This document shows, piece by piece, positions 41,470 through 64,000 of a stretch of 64,000 bases of DNA; position 1 is the first letter of the stretch; each line of letters begins with the position of its first letter. This stretch comes from Macrostomum lignano. Lineage: Eukaryota. Under the pieces are notes generated by a model. That model made no database searches. It was not told the origin of the DNA and saw nothing but the letters and a program-made list of their open reading frames with translations. The position numbers were made by a program, and so were the translations under genes. Where the stretch lies: the NCBI GenBank assembly GCA_002269645.1, contig NIVC01000215.1:310001-374000 (forward strand). Reading direction: 5' to 3'.

Positions 41470-41940
41470 CAGAGCTTCCGCGTTGTCAGCAGTTCGTCTA
41501 ACCTCGGCGGCGTCGCCGCGGGCTTGCCTAGACTGCCTTTCGTTCTGTGAGGGCAGTCCTGCAATCCGAGGTTTTACCTGGACCGCTAGAGGGCGGCGTT
41601 GTTCCAGGCGGTGATCGAGACCGTCATGCTGTACAACGCCGAGACCTGGACGCTGATGGAGTCGCTCGAGCAACAAGTTGACGCGGCGCAAGCTGGCCTG
41701 CTGCGCGCTGCCTTCAAGATTGGCTACGAGCGAGTGACCGACGCGGCTTTTTATCACCGCGCCGGCCTGGTCCGTCCAAGCGACCTGTTGCGCCGTCGGC
41801 GACTCCAGCTTACAGGCCAGATCATCCGCACCGAGTCGTACCCGGCGCCCCGGATTGGGTCGGCGGCGTGGCGTTCGTTCGCGACCTGGTCTTGAGGCGC
41901 GCCCTGTGACGCTGAACGCGTATTCTGTTGTTGTTGTTGA
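41470..41940 (+). mobile_element. 5'-truncated, decayed non-LTR retrotransposon (LINE, RTE-like 3' end)
   Basis: LFQAVIETVMLYNAETWTL...LLRAAF...RRRRLQLTGQIIR is the typical post-RT C-terminal region; ends in a (GTT)n tail at about 41926-41939; upstream part has stops and frameshifts. Confidence 0.8.
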
Positions 41941-42529
41941 AAATAATAGACTATTGACGTCTTGATGAGATTTCAGATTAATCAATCCTAACAATGCAGG
42001 TTAATTTCATTCACACCAAATTGTTTAATTGAGCCCCGTAGTACGAGCCAAAGAGTTAGTTGCGTAATCCGCTACCGCAGGTCCTTAAGCCATATGCAAC
42101 TTTTTATTGGCAAACCGTACGAGTTGCGGCAGTGGCACCAGCAGCTGTACTTCACGAGTTTTAAAAAATTAGCATACATTATGTTACTCTGTAGTATTAA
42201 TTCTAAATGGTTGTGTAGTGAGACTTGTCGGGGACAAAACAAGGCGCAGCAGACACGCTCCAATCAGCGGTCTGCAGCCCCCAAAACAGGAACAGAAACT
42301 ATCAAAAGTCAGTGAATAGAATATGGTCGAGTTGCTTTAGAATAATCAGAACGTTTGTGACTGACCGTCTTCTAAACTTCATTAGAAGCCTTTTGAAACT
42401 ACTGCAGAGCCGAAACTGTGCTTCAGTCCTTTCAATGCATGTATTGCATAAGGGATTATATTATTTTTTATAGGCTAAAATACAGTAAACATTGAATTTC
42501 ATAAGATGAAGAAAAGCTTTCCACCTATC

Positions 42530-42557
42530 TACCTACGAGCTATCTATCTATCTATCC

Positions 42558-42605
<48 letters not shown>

Positions 42606-42634
42606 ATCTATCTATATATCTATCTATCTATCTC

Positions 42635-42675
<41 letters not shown>

Positions 42676-42698
42676 TTGTCTATCTATCTATCTATCTC

Positions 42699-42796
<98 letters not shown>

Positions 42797-42849
42797 CATC
42801 TATCTATCTATCTATCTATTTATCTATCCATCTATCTATCTATCTATCC

Positions 42850-42924
<75 letters not shown>

Positions 42925-42925
42925 C

Positions 42926-42971
<46 letters not shown>

Positions 42972-42972
42972 A

Positions 42973-43059
<87 letters not shown>

Positions 43060-43062
43060 TTG

Positions 43063-43097
<35 letters not shown>

Positions 43098-43098
43098 G

Positions 43099-43135
<37 letters not shown>

Positions 43136-43170
43136 TTGTCTGTCTATCTATTTATCTATCTGTCTATCTA
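42530..43170. repeat. (TCTA)n microsatellite
   Basis: Directly visible. Confidence 0.97.
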
Positions 43171-43415
43171 TCTTATCTCTTATCTTGTCGCGTTTATCAT
43201 CAAAATCTTGTGGTCAGAATTCTGAAAGCAGCATGTCTTATTTGCAGCTCTCATTGGTTGGAAGCGATCTCACAGCACTTCCACCAATAATTGGAAGCCA
43301 GCAGACCCAGCATCTCTTCTTCATCCATTCCCAGTCACTAAGGCCGTTATTTAAATAGTATTCTTTAAAAAGTCATTCCACCAAAGCAAATAAATCAACC
43401 CATCTAGGCGTAAAA

Positions 43416-59505
<16,090 letters not shown>

Positions 59506-59624
59506 CGGGTTGCTCTTTAATGGATCAACTCATAATGTGCAACGCATGACTTGTATTTAGCCATAAGGTTCCTGTCCTGAAGAAATATTTAACCTGACCC
59601 AACTTCTAGCTAGCAAAACATGCA

Positions 59625-62600
59625 GCGGCCATAGACTATTGCACGAGCGTATGTCATGTCTCCCTCCAGAAGGAAAGAGTTGAACTATGTCTCCGAACAA
59701 TGTAAACTTTATGTTAGGAACTCAACAGATAACTAATTCAAATTCAGCGTGTCAGGTTTCATTTTGGTTACTCGTAATGTGTAGCTAATGCGTTTTTTAG
59801 CAGTCATGAGGAGTAGCGGTCTGGTTGGCGACGCATCCGGGTGCTACGGCGAATTCCACCTGCTTCTTGTTCTTGCGCGCCTTGGTTCGAATTGTCGCTG
59901 GGGTTCCCTGCCTCCGTGTCTGCGGGATCTCCTGCCATTGATTCTTCATCGTCGTGTGGCAGTGGAGCAAGTTGGTTGTCGCTTGCCAAACGCAGTTCGC
60001 TCCCGTCCAACACGAAGGCCGTGTTGCGGCCTCGGTTCATCACGTATTCGACAGTGGAGGGTGGAACGTCCGAGGTTGGCTGATACAGAACGCGCTCGCC
60101 TTGGTTGAACGTGGAGACTACAGGAGCGCGTAGTTGGCGTCCGAAAACAATCTCAGCTGGCGTCTTGCCCCTACACGTAGATGAGTTTCGGTGATGAAAC
60201 AGCAATCGCTGTAGATAGGGAACAAATTCAGCGTGGGTGGTTCGTTCGTTCCAGGCCCGCAGAGCTCGTTTGACTGTCTGGACTGCTCGCTCAGCCGATC
60301 CATTGGCCTGGGGATAATAAGTTGGGGATTCCATCTTCTTTATGCCATTTTGGTGCAGCCAGCTCCTCAGTGAATCGCTGACGAACTCCGGAGCATTGTC
60401 CGAAACTAAAAGTTCAGGCACACCAAAGCGTGTGAAAACAGTTCTGAGGCATTTAATGATCTGGTCTGTGGATCGATCTTTACAGGGAAAGGCCTCGATC
60501 CAACCAGAGTGAGAGTCGACTGCTATCAGGATGTTTCCAACATTCTTTACGTACGCCCAGTCAACGTGAAGCTTTTGAAACGGGTATTCAGTCGATGGCC
60601 AGGTGTCTCTGGTCTTCCCCAATCTGGGCCGCAGCCTGTTGCATACATCACACTGGCTGACAAATCGCTCGATGTCAGCGCGCATTCCAGGCCACCAGCA
60701 GGACAAGCTCATGAAGTTGAGTGTCGCCAGAGACCCAGAGTGAGTGTCATGCGCTGCACGAAAAGCTTCTTTCCGCAGTCTTGGCGGAATGTAGACCTGG
60801 CGACCCTTGAACAGTAAGCCGTCCTCGATAGTTAGGCATTGCGATACGGCCTGGAATGGTTTCTCAGCCTGAGAACAGCCAGCCCAGTTTCCCGAGCGAA
60901 CTCGGTGCATCACTTTTTTTATGAGCTCATCCAACTCTAGCTCTGCGGCAACCCGGTTCCTGGAAATGACAGACGGCTCGAAGGCAACGCAATCAATGGC
61001 TTCGCAGACTTCCGCCGAATCGTTAGATGAGTCAGTGAAGCGTAGGCGAGAAAGCGCATCGGCATGTGGAATCTTCTCTCCTGGTATATAGCGTATGGTG
61101 TAGTCAAGGTGCATCATCGCGAGTGCCCATCTGCTAATGCGAGCGGAGGTGTTCAGCGGCACCCCGCGAGACTGGCCGAAGAGCTGTTCGAGAGGCTTAT
61201 GATCCGTCTGTATTGTAAAGTGGCGGCCCAGTAAATAGTGCTTCAGCCGGCTGACTGCCCAAAAAACGGCAAGGGCTTCTCGCTCTATGTTCGAATAGTT
61301 TTGTTCGGCAGTAGAAAGACACCGAGAAATATAGATCACAGGATGGCCATCTTGCGTGACCACTCCTGCAAGTGCTCCCTTGGAGGCATCTGTGGTAAGA
61401 GTGAGTTCCTTTTCTAATGAGTATGGCTGGACTATGGGTTGAGAGGCAATCTCCGTCTTGAGTTGTCTGAAGGCTCGGTCACACTCAGCTGTCCACTGAA
61501 AGTTGGCGTCCGCTCTGCGCAGTCGATTTAGCGGCTGGATCTTTCCAGAGAAATTGGGTACTAGCCTTCCAAAGAAGTTTATTAGACCAACAAATCGTTC
61601 CAGCTCCTTCTTGTCTTTAGGTTGTGCGATGCTGCGTATTTTCTCAACCAATCGATCATCGGGTTGGATGCCAGCAGCAGAAATTTTAAATCCCAGAAAT
61701 GATATTTCATCAGTCGCCTCGATGCATTTGCTTTCGTTGATGGTGACATGCTTTTCTGCCAGCCTAGTCTTCACAGCACGAAGTCTTTTCTGTAGTGAAT
61801 CACTGTTTTCGGCGAAAACTAATACGTCGTCTTGGTAGATGAGAACGCCCTTTAGGTCTGACAGAATACTTTCCATCGCGCGCTGAAAAATAAAAGATGC
61901 ATTCTTCATCCCCATCTGAAGTCTTTTCACGCGAAATAATCCTTTGGATGTGTTAATTATTGAGAGATCCTGAGCAGCCTCGTCCAATTCTATCTGCCAA
62001 TAGGCCGACCTCAGGTCTACTTTGGCGAACTTCTTGGCGTTTTTTAGTTTGGAAAATAGGTGCTCCACGCTAGGGATGGGATAGTCCTCTGATTTGATCT
62101 TTGCGTTGACGTGAACGCTGTAGTCAGCGCACATCCTTAGGGTTCCATCTTTCTTTTTGACCCAGACGACAGGAGAAGCATTGCTCACCGGGCCGTCAAC
62201 TGGTTCTATCACGCCCAGCTGCTGCAGCCTGTCCAATTCAGCGTTGATGGAGGATTCCAGGGCGACAGGCACGGGACGCGCACGGCAAAACCTCGGAGTG
62301 GCACCAGCGATGGTCTCCATTTTGGCCTTGATGCCTTTAATCACGGGTAGGGCATCCACGCTGTTACCGATGCTAGTGGAGCATGTGCTGTGGACTTGCG
62401 CTGAGTCCAATAAGTCACGGCCTAACAGACCGAATGTCTTAGAGGCCTGTACAACGATCAGTTCAGCAGGGTGAAACTTGCCGCGAAGCTCAATGGCGGT
62501 TGATAACTTGCCGAGGACTTTAAGCGTGTGGCCATCGTAGGCTTGAAGACGGCGATGACACTTCTGGAGGGCCGGGCGGCGGAGTGACTCCCAGAGAGTG

Positions 62601-63784
62601 CTTGAAATGACGCTCACCGCAGCACCGGTGTCTACTTGCATTGGGATTTGAGCACCATTGATGCCTATGTTTTCCAGTGTCGAGTCGATAGCGTGAATCG
62701 TGTCCGCGTCCCCAAGGTGAAGAAGGGACGTGGTATCTGGTTGCGGCGTGTCTGCGTTTGAGAGCTCCTCGACGTTGTGGAGCTGGCGTGGTCGGGAGGA
62801 TCGACATACTGATGCAAAGTGGTTTGGTTTTGAGCATTTGCTGCAGGTTTTTCCAAACGCTGGACACTTTCCAGCAACATGGACTTGACCGCAGTAGCCA
62901 CAATGTCCAGTGCGTGGTCCAATCTTGCGCGGAGTGGTAAAGTTGTTCTTTGTAGCCAAAGAGCCATGGTGAATCTCCGGAACAGTTTCCTTTGGTGGGG
63001 AGGTCGTGAACGGCGTGGAGGCTTGTTTGGACACGAACTCTTTCACTTGCTTGATCTGGGCAACAAAATCTACGATTTCCTCGACCGACAGCTCCTTGAT
63101 CTGCATAGCTTCTAGAACTTTTTGCTGTGTTGTGGGACAGTGCATGCCAGCGACTAACGCCAGTTGAATCATGACCTCTTCTGGGCTTTCTGCCTCTTTC
63201 AGCGAGTCGAATTTGCAATGTTGGGCGGCCTTTCTTAGGCGCGAGAGGTAATCCGGAAGAGACTCGTCGTGCTGTTGCCGGATGGTGTAGAAGCGAGTTC
63301 GCTCGGCAATGGTGATGCGCGTCTTTGGTTGAAGGTAACTTTGAATGGCGGCCTCGATTGCAGAAAACTCCAATTCGTCGATCTTCTTTGGGGCCACCAG
63401 AGATGTTAGCTTTTCAAGTGCTGGCAATCCGCATAGTGCTAGAAAGTTATCCGCAATTTCTCTGTTGGTGCCTTCATCTTTCCATTTCTTGGCTCGAGCG
63501 AGCGCACGGAATGCTGTTAGCCATGTCAGGGCGCGCTCAGGTTCTGAGAGTTCGATGCGTCCAAGTGCTTGCGACGCCATTGTGATGCTCTGCTGGCAAC
63601 TCTAGTGCTTGATGAATAACGAAGCTCGTATCTTGCTTTGCTTGTTTATTTGGCTTTAGGACCACATTAATGCTAGCGGGGCTTGTAACAAGATTATGAA
63701 ACTAGGACACTTATATATTAGGAAGGGATGAGGGAGGTGGCATTTGGGCGCAGCGGCCATAGACTATTGCACGAGCGTATGTCA
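59625..63784 (-). mobile_element. Ty3/Gypsy LTR retrotransposon with a complete 5' LTR (63784-63581) and a 3' LTR truncated to 35 bp (59656-59622)
   Basis: On the minus strand the 5' LTR runs TG...CA over 204 bp and contains TATATAAG and AATAAA. A PBS-like TGGCG follows after 1 nt. A polypurine tract GGAGGGAGA precedes the 3' LTR start. Perfect 57-bp direct repeats flank the element (59568-59624 and 63785-63841). Confidence 0.92.
59804..63580 (-). CDS. Gypsy gag-pol polyprotein, 1258 aa, single uninterrupted ORF
   Basis: Gag with a CCHC knuckle (CSKCSKPNHFASVC), protease DTGA, RT YQDD, RNase H TTDAS, integrase HHCC and D-D-E (VDWA, SDNAPEF, ERAVQT); PR-RT-RH-IN order. Confidence 0.97.
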   Translation of the reverse strand: MASQALGRIELSEPERALTWLTAFRALARAKKWKDEGTNREIADNFLALCGLPALEKLTSLVAPKKIDELEFSAIEAAIQSYLQPKTRITIAERTRFYTIRQQHDESLPDYLSRLRKAAQHCKFDSLKEAESPEEVMIQLALVAGMHCPTTQQKVLEAMQIKELSVEEIVDFVAQIKQVKEFVSKQASTPFTTSPPKETVPEIHHGSLATKNNFTTPRKIGPRTGHCGYCGQVHVAGKCPAFGKTCSKCSKPNHFASVCRSSRPRQLHNVEELSNADTPQPDTTSLLHLGDADTIHAIDSTLENIGINGAQIPMQVDTGAAVSVISSTLWESLRRPALQKCHRRLQAYDGHTLKVLGKLSTAIELRGKFHPAELIVVQASKTFGLLGRDLLDSAQVHSTCSTSIGNSVDALPVIKGIKAKMETIAGATPRFCRARPVPVALESSINAELDRLQQLGVIEPVDGPVSNASPVVWVKKKDGTLRMCADYSVHVNAKIKSEDYPIPSVEHLFSKLKNAKKFAKVDLRSAYWQIELDEAAQDLSIINTSKGLFRVKRLQMGMKNASFIFQRAMESILSDLKGVLIYQDDVLVFAENSDSLQKRLRAVKTRLAEKHVTINESKCIEATDEISFLGFKISAAGIQPDDRLVEKIRSIAQPKDKKELERFVGLINFFGRLVPNFSGKIQPLNRLRRADANFQWTAECDRAFRQLKTEIASQPIVQPYSLEKELTLTTDASKGALAGVVTQDGHPVIYISRCLSTAEQNYSNIEREALAVFWAVSRLKHYLLGRHFTIQTDHKPLEQLFGQSRGVPLNTSARISRWALAMMHLDYTIRYIPGEKIPHADALSRLRFTDSSNDSAEVCEAIDCVAFEPSVISRNRVAAELELDELIKKVMHRVRSGNWAGCSQAEKPFQAVSQCLTIEDGLLFKGRQVYIPPRLRKEAFRAAHDTHSGSLATLNFMSLSCWWPGMRADIERFVSQCDVCNRLRPRLGKTRDTWPSTEYPFQKLHVDWAYVKNVGNILIAVDSHSGWIEAFPCKDRSTDQIIKCLRTVFTRFGVPELLVSDNAPEFVSDSLRSWLHQNGIKKMESPTYYPQANGSAERAVQTVKRALRAWNERTTHAEFVPYLQRLLFHHRNSSTCRGKTPAEIVFGRQLRAPVVSTFNQGERVLYQPTSDVPPSTVEYVMNRGRNTAFVLDGSELRLASDNQLAPLPHDDEESMAGDPADTEAGNPSDNSNQGAQEQEAGGIRRSTRMRRQPDRYSS

Positions 63785-63865
63785 GTTCCTGTCCTGAAGA
63801 AATATTTAACCTGACCCAACTTCTAGCTAGCAAAACATGCACTCAAGTTTAAGTACTATCCGCTC

Positions 63866-64000
63866 TCCCAGATCCTCAGTTGCTGGGCCAGCCTCCCAGA
63901 TCCTCAGTTGCTGTGGGCCAGTCTCCCAGATCCTCAGTTGCGGGGCCAGCTTCCCAGATCCTCAGTTGCTGGGCCAGTCTCCCAGATCCTCAGTTGCGGG
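63866..64000. repeat. About 28-bp tandem repeat (CCAGATCCTCAGTTGCTGGGCCAGCCTC) running off the window
   Basis: Directly visible. Confidence 0.88.

Noticed and set aside
59568-63841. A-B...B-A ends as DIRS/Ngaro split direct repeats
   Set aside because: The ORF has a DDE integrase and protease with no tyrosine recombinase; B is the start of a normal TG...CA LTR, and a PBS-like motif and PPT are present.

Overview
Eukaryotic (metazoan invertebrate) genomic DNA with spliced genes, most introns dominated by their own tandem repeat. The repeat load and the LINE type suggest a free-living flatworm such as Macrostomum; this is inference only. I reconstructed seven intron-containing genes by hand with consistent GT-AG phases: a PCGF/BMI1-like RING-RAWUL gene (+), a globin with conserved B12.2/G7.0 introns but an in-frame TAA (-), an FBXO16-like F-box gene apparently ending in a 7x27-aa acidic/poly-Lys exon (+), an oxytocin/vasopressin-family precursor (CFINNCPPG-GKR-neurophysin, -), a PTB-like adaptor (+), a ZNF800-like zinc-finger gene (-) and an RDL-like GABA-gated chloride channel (+). 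Mobile elements: an internally deleted hAT, a 5'-truncated LINE, two MITE types and a Ty3/Gypsy element with an intact ORF. The most unusual structures: (1) the Gypsy has a complete 204-bp 5' LTR, only 35 bp of 3' LTR and a perfect 57-bp flanking duplication; (2) inverted 14-bp satellite arrays bracket the RDL Cys-loop exon; (3) roughly 1-kb CpG-free domains sit at the 5' ends of the PCGF and ZNF800 genes; (4) the globin nonsense codon. Most long ORFs in the supplied track are repeat artefacts. No tRNA, rRNA or CRISPR array was recognised.
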